The position numbers and the translations under genes are program-made. From Oceanispirochaeta sp. (GTDB taxonomy: Bacteria > Spirochaetota > Spirochaetia > DSM-2461): DNA of 64,000 bases. Positions 19,370 through 29,415 of this stretch are shown here, one piece after another (positions within the stretch are counted from its first letter, which is position 1; the number at the start of each line of letters is the position of its first letter). The notes below the pieces were generated by a model. It saw only the letters and a program-made list of their open reading frames with translations. It searched no databases and had not been told where the DNA came from. The stretch is taken from assembly GCA_963666275.2 (NCBI GenBank), contig CAXXOA010000001.1, positions 320,001 through 384,000 of the forward strand, in the 5' to 3' direction.

Positions 19370-20878
19370 TCAACTCTTTTCGGGTATTCTCTTCAGGGTT
19401 CTGAAAATCCTTTTAAAGGGAACCAGAGTGACAATCAATAGAATCATATTGATAGTAATGATCGAAACAGTGATGGGTCTGGTAAAGAAGATGGATGCCT
19501 TCTCACCTGACATGATTAATGATCTTCTGAAGTTCTCTTCCATGATAGGCCCCAGTACATTGGCAATCACAAAAGGAGACAGGGGATAGTCAAACTTCTG
19601 AAGGATGAAGGCTGCCACGCCGAAGACCAGAGTAATCCACAGGTCGTTGATGGAGGTTTCCATTCCATAGGATCCTACGGCACACAGAACTAGAATCACC
19701 GGAATCAGATACTTTTTCTTTACATTCAGAACCTTCACAAACAGAGGCAGACAGAGGAGCCCGATGATCAGAAGGAAGATATTGGAGCTGATATAGGCAA
19801 GAAAGATTCCTCCTACCAGATCCTGATTTTCCACGAACAGACGGGGACCGGGGATGTATCCCAGAAGCATCAGAGCCGCCAGAAGCATGGCCGAGCTGGG
19901 GTCTCCGGGCAGGGCCAGAGTCAGAGAGGGAATCAGGGTTCCGTCGCAGCAGGCATTATTGGCTGATTCAGTGGCAATCACGCCGTCGGGAATTCCCGTA
20001 CCGAATTTTTCCGAGTGACGGGAACTGTTCTTGGCTACCGCATAGGATACAAAGCTGGCAATGACCGTTCCCGCGCCCGGAAGGGCTCCAATAAAGGTTC
20101 CCAGAGAGCTCGATCGGAGAAGGTTCCACCACTGTCTGAAATTTTCCGTTATGGAACGCAGGGGCGGGAGGAATGCCTTCAGATGGGGGCTGGTATCAAA
20201 ATCCCCCTGTTCCACCTGGGAGAACATTTCGCTTATGGCAAAAAGCCCTATGACCATCGCCACTATCCCGATGCCGCCGGCCAGAGCCAGGGATCCGAAG
20301 GTAAAGCGGAAGTTGCTCATAAAGGGATCCATTCCTATGGTGGAAAGGAGCAGTCCCAGTACTCCGGTCATAAGCCCTTTCACAGTCGATTCCTTCGAAA
20401 CCACCGCAATACAGACCACACCTGTCAATGCCAGGGCAAAGTATTCGGGGGGAGCGAATCTGAGTGCTACTTTTGCCAGCAGGGGAGAGAAGAAAATCAG
20501 GTAGAATCCGCCGATGATACCGCCTATGGCCGATGTTGTAATGGCAAGGCTGACAGCAAAGGGCGCCTGTCCCTTCTGAGCCAGGGGATACCCGTCAAGC
20601 AGGGTTGCCGCTGCAATAGGAGTTCCGGGAATTCTCAGGAGAATCGCCGATATGGCTCCGCCGGCTGTCCCTCCTACAAAAATTCCTATTAATAATCCCA
20701 TTCCTGTGTAGGGATTCATATTCATAGCTAATGGTGTCAGCAGGGTTAGACCGAGAAGGGGGCCGAGTCCCGGAAGAATTCCGATAATGATACCCATAAA
20801 AACGCCGAAACCTGTTAAAAGCAGTTGAGAGAATCCGAAATAGAGAGGAGCTCCTGCTAATAATATTTCTGATAACAT
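19370..20878 (-). CDS. tctA: Tripartite tricarboxylate transporter large permease TctA
   Basis: GILPGLG, ILLRIPGTP..AAT..DG, GALPGAG and ESANNA motifs. Confidence 0.9.
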   Translation of the reverse strand: MLSEILLAGAPLYFGFSQLLLTGFGVFMGIIIGILPGLGPLLGLTLLTPLAMNMNPYTGMGLLIGIFVGGTAGGAISAILLRIPGTPIAAATLLDGYPLAQKGQAPFAVSLAITTSAIGGIIGGFYLIFFSPLLAKVALRFAPPEYFALALTGVVCIAVVSKESTVKGLMTGVLGLLLSTIGMDPFMSNFRFTFGSLALAGGIGIVAMVIGLFAISEMFSQVEQGDFDTSPHLKAFLPPLRSITENFRQWWNLLRSSSLGTFIGALPGAGTVIASFVSYAVAKNSSRHSEKFGTGIPDGVIATESANNACCDGTLIPSLTLALPGDPSSAMLLAALMLLGYIPGPRLFVENQDLVGGIFLAYISSNIFLLIIGLLCLPLFVKVLNVKKKYLIPVILVLCAVGSYGMETSINDLWITLVFGVAAFILQKFDYPLSPFVIANVLGPIMEENFRRSLIMSGEKASIFFTRPITVSIITINMILLIVTLVPFKRIFRTLKRIPEKS

Positions 20879-20888
20879 ACTTTGTTCC

Positions 20889-21398
20889 TTAAAAATACAG
20901 TCCGAATTTTCCGACAGGCAGTACCACTTTCAGGAGAACACCGAAAAGGTACCAGATAGCCAGTGTGGTTCCCAGTGAAAGAGGGATAAGCATCAGGACT
21001 TTTCTGAGCCCCAGAATGAGAAAGAATGCTGCCAGAGCCAGAGGAGTCGCCGCATAGAAGCCAAGATTGGCCAGTCCCAGAATATAAAGGACAAAAATAA
21101 TGAACATAGCGGCAGTCCGTTTTCTGCCGTCTGGCTCAAAGAGGTAGAATGAGTCTTCAGATTCTTTTCTGCCGTTTTTGTATGTATCGATAATGACGCC
21201 GGCGATTTTTGTTACTGCCAGAAGCAGCAGCAGAATGGAAAGGATTCTGGGAAAGAGTGCCGCATTCTGCTCTCCTCCGCCTGTATGCATCTCTTTCTCT
21301 ACAAATTTTGTACCTATTTCGTGCAGGGCCACTATGGCTGGTATCATGAAGCAGAAGGCCACAGCCAGTTCGGATTTAGATTTTCGGGATAATTTCAT
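20889..21398 (-). CDS. tctB: Tripartite tricarboxylate transporter small subunit TctB
   Basis: Small multi-TM protein with LFP, LGFY.AT and F..LL.V.LP.G; lies between tctC and tctA. Confidence 0.85.
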   Translation of the reverse strand: MKLSRKSKSELAVAFCFMIPAIVALHEIGTKFVEKEMHTGGGEQNAALFPRILSILLLLLAVTKIAGVIIDTYKNGRKESEDSFYLFEPDGRKRTAAMFIIFVLYILGLANLGFYAATPLALAAFFLILGLRKVLMLIPLSLGTTLAIWYLFGVLLKVVLPVGKFGLYF

Positions 21399-21416
21399 AA
21401 TTCACCGTATCCTGTA

Positions 21417-21463
21417 AAAAAAAGACACACTGCCGATCATGCCTGATCAGCAGCGTGTCATTT
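21417..21463 (-). terminator. Intercistronic stem-loop after tctC
   Basis: GACAC.CTG..GATCA...TGATC.GCAG.GTGTC imperfect stem with a minus-strand U-tract. Confidence 0.55.
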
Positions 21464-21471
21464 TAACGTTA

Positions 21472-22476
21472 TTAGTTGTATTTTTTAATTTCTGATTTTT
21501 CCCACTCGATCGCATCGATGGCAGATTCGAGCTGCTGGGTCATCAGTGAGCACTGCTCAGCATAGTTGTCGGGATTGTATACATCTGTAGGCATAACAAG
21601 GTATCCCATCTCGGCCAGTTTCGCCTGAACCGCCTGGTTGTCCAGAGTTTTCTTCAGAGCTTCCCGGAGAACAGTTACAACCGTATCAGGAGTATCTTTG
21701 TGGACTACCCACCAGGTCCATCCAGTAGCTGCCAGTCCGTCCAGACCAATGGAGTAACCGAAATCTTTTACAAGAGGCTGGCCTTTGAAGGCAGGCTGGG
21801 GAAGGTCGCTGAGTACTGCCAGGATTCTGACTTCGTCTTTGTAGCTGTTGTAACCGCCGGAGTTCATGATATTGAAGTCCAGTTCTCCCGCCAGGAGGTC
21901 TTTGATTCCCACATTGGAGTCATTGTAGGGAATGTGACGTGTAACAGCACCGGTGTTTTTCAGCAGAGAGGCGGAAGACATGTGGGGCAGGGATACTTCC
22001 GGTCCGGCACTTTAGCTGAGTTCTCCCGGATTGGCTTTGGCATATTCAATCAGATCTTCCAGGTCCTGGAAGCGGTCGTCGTCTTTTCTGACAACAATGG
22101 TGAAGGCATTGGAGACAACACCGTAGAGGGGTTTGAAATCCTCATAGGTATAATCGGCTTTTCCAAAAAGGGGTGAGAGAATAAGAGGGGCTACATAACC
22201 GTCGAAAATGGTGTATCCGTCAGCAGGTTTGGACAGTACTGTCATGGCAGCTTTTACTCCGCCCGCACCGGTTGTTGAGGTTACGGTCATTGTTGTTCCC
22301 AGGTGTTCTGCCATTTCATTGGCTACGAACTGGGAGGCCGCATAGGTCGCGCCCGGATCCCAGGGGAAAATATTCTGAACTGGTCTGTTGGGGAAAGATT
22401 CGCCCTGACCGTTGGCAAATAGTGAGATGCTCATTACTGACATTGCCAGCAGGGCAAGTGCTTTTTTGAAGTGCAT
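21472..22476 (-). pseudogene. tctC: TctC/Bug solute-binding protein interrupted by an in-frame TAA at 22012-22014
   Basis: The two ORFs are in the same frame and read ...ANPGELS*SAGPEVSLPHMSS.... Bug motifs FP.RPV, GAGG, PADGYTI and HIPY are present. Confidence 0.85.
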
Positions 22477-22582
22477 AAAGACTCCTTTGAATTAATGTTT
22501 CCTTAAGATAAATAATCATGATTATTTTCTGGTGTGATTCCATTAAACAATCAGTTTGTTATATTGTCCAATACAATAAATC

Positions 22583-23524
22583 TTGCTTGTTATAGAAAAA
22601 ACTGATACCATGAAATCCGGAAAAAAACAAATCATGCTTCATAAATACCTGGAACATTTCAAAGCTGTCGCGGAAACCTCCTCCATGTTGAGGGCTTCGG
22701 AGATCCTTTTTATCTCTCAGCCCTCACTTTCCAGAAGTATAAAAATTCTGGAAGAGCTTATTGATACCAAACTGTTCGAACGGAAAAACAAAGGTGTAGA
22801 GCTCACTGAGTACGGAGAAGTGCTCTATGCGCAGGTCTGCTCCATGGGGAATGAGTTCCGTTACGCACTGGAAGAGATCGAGTATCTGAAAAACAGGGTT
22901 GTCAAAAAACTCCGTATCGGTTCGGGCCTGGCCTGGCAGTACGGCATTTTTCCCAAAATAGTCCAGCAGTATACGGACTCCTATCCGGACATACAGCTTA
23001 CAGTGATTACGGGATACTCGAAAAAAGTCTATGACGGTCTTCTGGAGGGAAAATTTGACATCATTTTCTGTGATATCTCTAATCTCAAGCCTATGGCGGG
23101 GATTATCCAGGAACATCTGATGAATGTCTGCTTTTCCTTTTATGCCCATTGGAATCATCCCATTTTCAAAAAGAAAAATATCAGGGAACACGATCTGGAT
23201 CAATTCGATTTTGCCGTGTTCTCCCACAGCAATCAGGTGGCCGATCAGGATATTGAAGATGATAATATGCTCAGTCAGAGCAGCCGGCGGAGAATCAAGT
23301 ATATCAGCGGATCCATGATCAATCTTATGGAGGCCGTCAGTTCCACCCAGTATCTGACCGTCCTGCCCCAGCCTATCAGTTTTATAGCCGAGCAGTTCGG
23401 CCTGAAGGAGATCCATCCCGATCTGAGACGGGCTTCCTTTCCCAGCGGCATGGTCTACCATAAATCCTGTCTGGAAAAAGATCATATCAGGTCGTTTATT
23501 GAGGCTGTGAGGGATGTGGTTTAA
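22583..23524 (+). CDS. LysR family regulator divergent from tctC (start may be 22610 or 22633)
   Basis: HTH L..F.AVAE..S...A...L.ISQPSLSR.IK.LE and LTEYGE. Confidence 0.92.
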   Translation: MLVIEKTDTMKSGKKQIMLHKYLEHFKAVAETSSMLRASEILFISQPSLSRSIKILEELIDTKLFERKNKGVELTEYGEVLYAQVCSMGNEFRYALEEIEYLKNRVVKKLRIGSGLAWQYGIFPKIVQQYTDSYPDIQLTVITGYSKKVYDGLLEGKFDIIFCDISNLKPMAGIIQEHLMNVCFSFYAHWNHPIFKKKNIREHDLDQFDFAVFSHSNQVADQDIEDDNMLSQSSRRRIKYISGSMINLMEAVSSTQYLTVLPQPISFIAEQFGLKEIHPDLRRASFPSGMVYHKSCLEKDHIRSFIEAVRDVV

Positions 23525-23535
23525 CCGCTGTCCTC

Positions 23536-23569
23536 AAAAAAAACCTGCCCGGTTAACAACCGGGCAGGT
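23536..23569 (-). terminator. Rho-independent terminator between convergent lysR and carboxylase genes
   Basis: Perfect 12-bp stem ACCTGCCCGGTT-aac-AACCGGGCAGGT with a minus-strand U8 tract. Confidence 0.8.
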
Positions 23570-23607
23570 AAAAACCCTTTTCAACTGGAGAAAGTCCAGT
23601 TAATAAA

Positions 23608-26600
23608 CTATTGCAATTTGTGCATTCCCGCTTCGATCGAGTTGATCAGATAGGGCCGGATGGTTTCGGGAGTGACCACATCGTCTATGGATCCTACTTC
23701 CTTGGCTCTGGCCACACAGTGGATCTGATCGAACTTCTGACCCAGTGAGGTCTGTTTTTCGTTATAAACCTTCTGGAACAGTTCATCATAGTCTTTCTGG
23801 GTACACATGCCGCTGTCCAGAAAGTTCCGGCATTCGGCGATCCGCGGATCCAGATAGGTCTCCCGTGAGACTTCCCTGGGGAATACAACCGCCGCTGCAG
23901 GAGCTCCACCCAGTACGGAGGCAAAAGATCCCTGTACCGCTCCGGCCCTCATATTGGGGTTCAGAGACTTGGAAAAGACAACATAGGCTCCGCCATGATA
24001 CCGGGCAACCACCAGGAAGGCAATAGGCCCTTTGAAGTTCACAATAGCCCGACCGATTTCCGCACCGTATTCGAGCTGAAGGTTCCGCAGCGATTCGGGT
24101 GATCCGTCAAATCCCGACAGGTTCGCCAGGATCACAAGAGGCATCCGTCCTGAAAAGGAGTTGATCCCCCGGGCCACCTTTTTAGATGACTGGGGGAAGA
24201 GTGTTCCTCCGGTCCAGGTTTCGGGGCCGTCATGGGGAATGGAGCCGAACCGGGGGAGGGGACGGCTTTCGATTCCTATCATACCGGCGGCATAACCGCC
24301 TATTCTGGTTTCCCAGACAATGGAGGTGTCCGCATCTTTCATTCTCTGCCATCTTTCGAAGTATCCCGCATCCTTGTCGATGACAGCGCTCATGACCTGA
24401 CGGATATCAAAGGGTTTCTTCCTTTCGGGGTTTTTGTACATGCTGAAGATGTCCCCTATGGTTTCAAACCCCTGATCCAGAAAGTCATTGTAGCTCTCTT
24501 TTGTTATGTCTCTGTCCGCAGGGTCATCTGTTTTCATTCTGGGAGGATAGGCCTGTCCCGGGGCTTTGTAGCTGTATTTATAGTGATCCAGGAGCATCCT
24601 GTAGCCATCTGCCAGAGTTTTAGCCCTGAGCTGACACTGCCCGTTGGGGGCCATGATCCTTTCGGCTCCTCCGATATCCAGGTTGGTTTCACCCGATACG
24701 GAACCGGAAAAGTCCAGAGCTCTCTTTCCAGTGAGCAGCATGGAGGCGTCGTCAGTCATGATCAGAATACCTTTGGTATGCATAAGCATTGTAGATTCGG
24801 CATTCCAGTAGGACTGGGCACCCACGTTCACTCCGGGAACAATTACGTTGATCTCTCCGCCGGCCTGGGTAAAATCGATGATCCTTTTCAGCGCCGCCGC
24901 CGTCCAGTCCAGGTTTTCCGTTCCGGTTTCCATATCGATTTTGGCACCCGAAGAGATGGGCAGCCATTCCACGGGAATTCCCTGCTGATCCGCCAGGTCC
25001 AGTGCGGCAATGACCCTGCGGCTTTCGGGCTCTGCCAGACTTCCCAGGTCTCTGGTGGGATCGGACAGAAGGATTACCCTTTCCATCTCGCTCTCACCGT
25101 CCGGATGGGGGTGCTTGATAATACCGAAAACCACATTGGCTGTATTTTCACCGTAGATCCTGTCTCTGACAGAGATAATTTCCTGACGGCCCTTTGCATC
25201 GATATCAATATCGAACTCTTCAAAATCTCCCCGGGGAAATCCCTTGTACAGGGGGAGTCCCGCATAGGTGATCATTTTCAGGAACTCATAGGGATAGACC
25301 ATATTCCTCTGGCGGGCCCGTACGACTTTTCCCGTGTAATTGTCTGCCGGTTCGAGAGCATCAATCCGGGGCTTGCGGCTCCTCATGGAGTACTGATCCT
25401 GATAGAGGTTGCTCATGATCAGTTCCAGTTCCCTGATTTTATCTTCAGACCAGCGTTTCCGTCTTGTATAGACAACGACCTTCTCCAGGCCCAGGTCATG
25501 AGTCTGGGGAAGAATCTTATGGCCGTAGTTCTGCATCTGTTTCAGTTTCAGATTCTGAAGAGACCGGTTGTGCATGATGATCCGGTTCCACTGAAGGCGG
25601 AATTTGTATTTTGCCTGCACCGATCTCATGGCAAAGACCGCATCGCTGAAGGCGTTTTCAAAAAGGATCATCCGGCTGATATTGTTCTGATCCGCCCATT
25701 CGGCTTTGGGTTCCGAAAAGGAAGCCAGAGCGAAAAGCCGTTTTTCCTTGGGGTTTTCAATGGCTGACGATTCCAGCAGAGTCACCGTATTGGATTTATA
25801 CAGAATTGTATGATCGAATTTCTGGAGGCGGATGACCCGGAGCTCTCTGAATTCCAGGGGGCTGAAACCTCTGGCCAGTCTGTACTCCTCCCAGCTGTTC
25901 TCATGGTTCATATAGGTCCGGTAGAACTGATAGGTTCCCGGTGCAAACCATCCCACACAGAGTTTTGACACCCTCTCGGAAACACTCCAGGGGGCCTGGG
26001 CCAGGTACTCTTCATCGGTTCTGTTTTCAGAGCGGATAATCAGGGTCACTGTTATCCGGGAGTCACCGCCGACCTGATCGGCCAGATCGCATATGATCCT
26101 GTGGTGCAGATCTTTTTCATCGATCACACAGGTCAGATCCCTATGGAGAAAGTCCATATCCAGATTCCGGCTCTCACAGTAGTAGGCCCGGATCTTTCCG
26201 GTTTTCAGAAGTTTGCCCGACTGGAAATCCCTGTCTCTGTTCAGCCTGCGTCCCATAGCTTCCAGGCTGAGGGAGCTCTTTTTCTCGTCCTCCAGAAGGG
26301 CCCGTTCGGCCAGTCTGTCCATGATATCTCCGGAAGAGTCGATGATCTCGTTCATCAGATCTTCCGATTTGTTCTGTTCCAGCATGCGGTCGACTGCTTT
26401 AATCTGGGCTGTCCGGATCTTTTCCACCGTAATGGAGTCGATGATTCTGTACCGGGCGTAAAGGGCCGCATCCGCTGTGGAGGGATCGATCATCTGAGTG
26501 AGACTCACAATCCTGCTGATCACATCGGAGAGTTTGGGATGGATATCCTGGAAGACAGGAAGATCTTCCAGAGCAAAAAGGATCTGCTTGAGAATATCAT

Positions 26601-29097
26601 GTTTGTTCTTCAGCCTTCCATGGGAGTGGTAGATATAGTAGAGAGCCTGGTTCCGTGCGGTTTTATCCGCATCTTCCCCGTGATAGTAGTCGGTACAGCG
26701 TTTCAGATCTGCCAGGAAGTCTTCGGGCAGGCCTTTTTCCCTGTCTTTTTCCCGCAGAAAGTAGTGGGCCAGCAATTCCTGATAGCTCATGGGGCGGACG
26801 AAACTGTTAGTCAGAACCTCTTTGTCCGTAAAGAGCTGTTCCACCGCCGTGTAGGCGTCTAGGATCCGGATCAGCTGGGGAACCAGTCTGGTCAGATACT
26901 CCTGATGTTCCCTGGTAAAGTCCACAAGCTGCTGAAAGGCCTTCAGGCTGGATCTACCGTAATCGTATCCCAGGAACACGGCATTGAGTTTTCTGAGCAG
27001 ATAGTTCCACTTCTCCTCACCGTCCACCTGGATCTCATCGAAGGAAACCGGCTCATTCGCCTGAATTTCCTCTTCCTCCTCCTGATCTTTCAGATCAAGG
27101 AGAACCAGAGGCTGTCCGGCGGTAATCTGAGCGCCCGGAGCAACGCAGATTTCAGTGACAAGGCCGTCTCCCGGAGATTCCACAAGCATCTCCATCTTCA
27201 TGGCTTCCAGAACAAGAAGAACATCGCCTTTGTTTACTTTTTTTCCGACTTCCACAACCACGTTCAGGACAATGGCGGGGGAGGGGGATTTTACATAACC
27301 GCCCGAGTCGCTCTCCAGCATCACCGGATAGCCGTCTACTTCGCACTGGAGCATATCTGCCCGTTTCACCATGAGGATATTGTATCTCTCGCCGTCAAGG
27401 ATCAGACGGGATTCCTGGTCTCCCTGTTTGTACCGGCAGATCAGGTCTTTCTCTTCATAACGGATATGATAGGTTTCTCCGCCCATGGAGCGCACCTGGA
27501 ATTTATAGCTGTTGCCTCCGGTGCTGAGGTTTATCTCATAGCCCTCGGCAGATGTCAGGGTTCGGGGATGACCGATCCGGCTGATTTCATCTTCGAAATT
27601 CAGATAGTCTGTGGAAAAGTTCTGATTGTAGATTTCCACTGCTCCCGCCATCAGGGCGGCTCTGACTTTTCCCTCCTGGGGGACAAGGGTTCTGTTTTTC
27701 AGAAGCTCTTCTACAAAACCCGTATGAACTCCGCCGTCCTTTATAGCTTTATTGTTCAGAAGTTCCAGCAGGAAGGCCCTGTTGGTGGTTCCGTTCACTA
27801 TGTTGATACGGAGAGTATTCAGAGCCTGTTCAAGCCGGGCCAGCGCCTCGGGTCTCGTCGGGGCGTGAGCAATAATCTTTGCCACCATGGAGTCAAACTC
27901 CGAAGGAATCGTACTTCCCTGTTCTATACCCGAATCCACCCGGATTCCCGGGCCTGCCGGAGCCTTGAAGAGGACCACTTCTCCCGGAGCGGGGCTGAAA
28001 TCCCTGTCGGGGTCTTCCGCATTGAGTCTGACTTCCGCAACAGCGCCGAAGGGCTGTCTGTCTGACAGATCCACTTTGAATCCCCGGGCCACATCGATCT
28101 GGCCCTTCACAAGGTCTACTCCGTAGAGGGTTTCTGTAATGGGATGCTCTACCTGAAGTCTTGTGTTGACTTCCATAAAGTAGAACTCTTTCCTGTTCAG
28201 GTCATAAAGGTATTCCACCGTACCGGCACCCACATACTCTGCCGCCAGGATAAGCCTTTTTGCGGCTTCCTGCATCTCTGTGAGCATCTCTTCGGGGAGT
28301 CCCGCCGGCGGTGTCTCTTCGATGATTTTCTGATTTTTCCGCTGGACCGAACAGTCTCTCACTCCGAATGTGTTGACTGTTCCGTGGCTGTCCGCCAGGG
28401 CCTGCACTTCCAGATGCCGGCCTTTTTCCACAAGGGCTTCGATAAAGACAACATCGTTTCCTGTGATCCTGACAGTTTCATCCCTGGCGGATTTGAACTG
28501 GCTTTCCAGTTCCTCCGGGGTTCTGACAAAACGGATTCCCCGGCCTCCGCCGGCATTGGCTGCCTTGACTATGACGGGGTAGCCGATCTCTTCGGATATC
28601 TTCCTCGCATCGTCCAGGTCTTTAACGGCTCTTCTGCTCCAGGGCAGAATGGGAACATCCGCGGTTTCGGCCAGATCCTTGGCTTCTATCTTATCACCCA
28701 GCCGTGACATGGCTGTGCTGGAGGGACCCATAAACAGGATCCCTTTCTTTTCTATTTTTTCTGCAAAAACAGCATCTTCTGAAACAAATCCCCAACCCAC
28801 CCAGATGGCATCACAACGGGTTTTTTCAAGGCCTTCCAGCATGAGTTCATGATCCAGATAAGGGGATTTCTGTTTACCCGGAAACCCCGGCAGGTCTGAG
28901 AGCAGGAGAATCTCATCGGCCATTTTGACAAAGGGAGCTTCCTCTTCGGCCTGAATGTAGAATGCCACAGTTTTGAAACAGGTCCCGTGCAAAATGTTGT
29001 ATTCATTGACGGCCCGTATAAACCTGAGAGCCGCTTCTCCTCTGTTGATAATTCCTATTCTGGCATCATCTTTCAGAATGATAGTATCCTTCTGCAT
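23608..29097 (-). CDS. Single-chain multidomain biotin-dependent acyl-CoA carboxylase (BC-BCCP-central region-CT)
   Basis: BC motifs GGGRG, RDCSVQR and EVNTRLQVEHP; biotin site EAMKME; C-terminal CT motifs SSGAKI, LTG..AL, ANLSGFDG and GGAYVV. Confidence 0.9.
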   Translation of the reverse strand: MQKDTIILKDDARIGIINRGEAALRFIRAVNEYNILHGTCFKTVAFYIQAEEEAPFVKMADEILLLSDLPGFPGKQKSPYLDHELMLEGLEKTRCDAIWVGWGFVSEDAVFAEKIEKKGILFMGPSSTAMSRLGDKIEAKDLAETADVPILPWSRRAVKDLDDARKISEEIGYPVIVKAANAGGGRGIRFVRTPEELESQFKSARDETVRITGNDVVFIEALVEKGRHLEVQALADSHGTVNTFGVRDCSVQRKNQKIIEETPPAGLPEEMLTEMQEAAKRLILAAEYVGAGTVEYLYDLNRKEFYFMEVNTRLQVEHPITETLYGVDLVKGQIDVARGFKVDLSDRQPFGAVAEVRLNAEDPDRDFSPAPGEVVLFKAPAGPGIRVDSGIEQGSTIPSEFDSMVAKIIAHAPTRPEALARLEQALNTLRINIVNGTTNRAFLLELLNNKAIKDGGVHTGFVEELLKNRTLVPQEGKVRAALMAGAVEIYNQNFSTDYLNFEDEISRIGHPRTLTSAEGYEINLSTGGNSYKFQVRSMGGETYHIRYEEKDLICRYKQGDQESRLILDGERYNILMVKRADMLQCEVDGYPVMLESDSGGYVKSPSPAIVLNVVVEVGKKVNKGDVLLVLEAMKMEMLVESPGDGLVTEICVAPGAQITAGQPLVLLDLKDQEEEEEIQANEPVSFDEIQVDGEEKWNYLLRKLNAVFLGYDYGRSSLKAFQQLVDFTREHQEYLTRLVPQLIRILDAYTAVEQLFTDKEVLTNSFVRPMSYQELLAHYFLREKDREKGLPEDFLADLKRCTDYYHGEDADKTARNQALYYIYHSHGRLKNKHDILKQILFALEDLPVFQDIHPKLSDVISRIVSLTQMIDPSTADAALYARYRIIDSITVEKIRTAQIKAVDRMLEQNKSEDLMNEIIDSSGDIMDRLAERALLEDEKKSSLSLEAMGRRLNRDRDFQSGKLLKTGKIRAYYCESRNLDMDFLHRDLTCVIDEKDLHHRIICDLADQVGGDSRITVTLIIRSENRTDEEYLAQAPWSVSERVSKLCVGWFAPGTYQFYRTYMNHENSWEEYRLARGFSPLEFRELRVIRLQKFDHTILYKSNTVTLLESSAIENPKEKRLFALASFSEPKAEWADQNNISRMILFENAFSDAVFAMRSVQAKYKFRLQWNRIIMHNRSLQNLKLKQMQNYGHKILPQTHDLGLEKVVVYTRRKRWSEDKIRELELIMSNLYQDQYSMRSRKPRIDALEPADNYTGKVVRARQRNMVYPYEFLKMITYAGLPLYKGFPRGDFEEFDIDIDAKGRQEIISVRDRIYGENTANVVFGIIKHPHPDGESEMERVILLSDPTRDLGSLAEPESRRVIAALDLADQQGIPVEWLPISSGAKIDMETGTENLDWTAAALKRIIDFTQAGGEINVIVPGVNVGAQSYWNAESTMLMHTKGILIMTDDASMLLTGKRALDFSGSVSGETNLDIGGAERIMAPNGQCQLRAKTLADGYRMLLDHYKYSYKAPGQAYPPRMKTDDPADRDITKESYNDFLDQGFETIGDIFSMYKNPERKKPFDIRQVMSAVIDKDAGYFERWQRMKDADTSIVWETRIGGYAAGMIGIESRPLPRFGSIPHDGPETWTGGTLFPQSSKKVARGINSFSGRMPLVILANLSGFDGSPESLRNLQLEYGAEIGRAIVNFKGPIAFLVVARYHGGAYVVFSKSLNPNMRAGAVQGSFASVLGGAPAAAVVFPREVSRETYLDPRIAECRNFLDSGMCTQKDYDELFQKVYNEKQTSLGQKFDQIHCVARAKEVGSIDDVVTPETIRPYLINSIEAGMHKLQ

Positions 29098-29232
29098 AAT
29101 CCTTCCTTATTAAGTTGCTTTTCACGAGTCCGTTCCGGCGCTGCAGACGCCATATGCTGACTCCAGCAGAGGCAGTATCTGAATCTCTCTCCAGACCTGT
29201 CTCAGTTGAAAAAATTCGGTTTTGCCTTTATT

Positions 29233-29257
29233 TTGACATTTTTTTGGATTTTGTCAA
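29233..29257. promoter_or_regulatory. Inverted repeat overlapping the probable carboxylase promoter
   Basis: TTGACA-N13-TGTCAA; the minus-strand TTGACA could serve as the -35. Confidence 0.45.
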
Positions 29258-29365
29258 TATTGACCAATGAGGAATCCCTGTTTAGGAGATATAATCTTTC
29301 CATATAAGGATTTTCGGATTATATGACAATAGGGGAGCCGGGCTAGCAGACGGAGAAAAAGAGAC

Positions 29366-29393
29366 AAAAAAACCCTGCCCGCAGGGACAGGGT
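29366..29393 (-). terminator. Terminator after the lipoprotein gene
   Basis: ACCCTG(CCC)...(GGG)ACAGGGT stem with a minus-strand U-tract. Confidence 0.65.
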
Positions 29394-29415
29394 AAATCTC
29401 ATAGAGAGGGAAGGG

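Noticed and set aside
22012..22014. Stop-codon recoding (Sec/Pyl) in tctC
   Set aside because: The codon is TAA, not TGA or TAG, and the position normally encodes Tyr.
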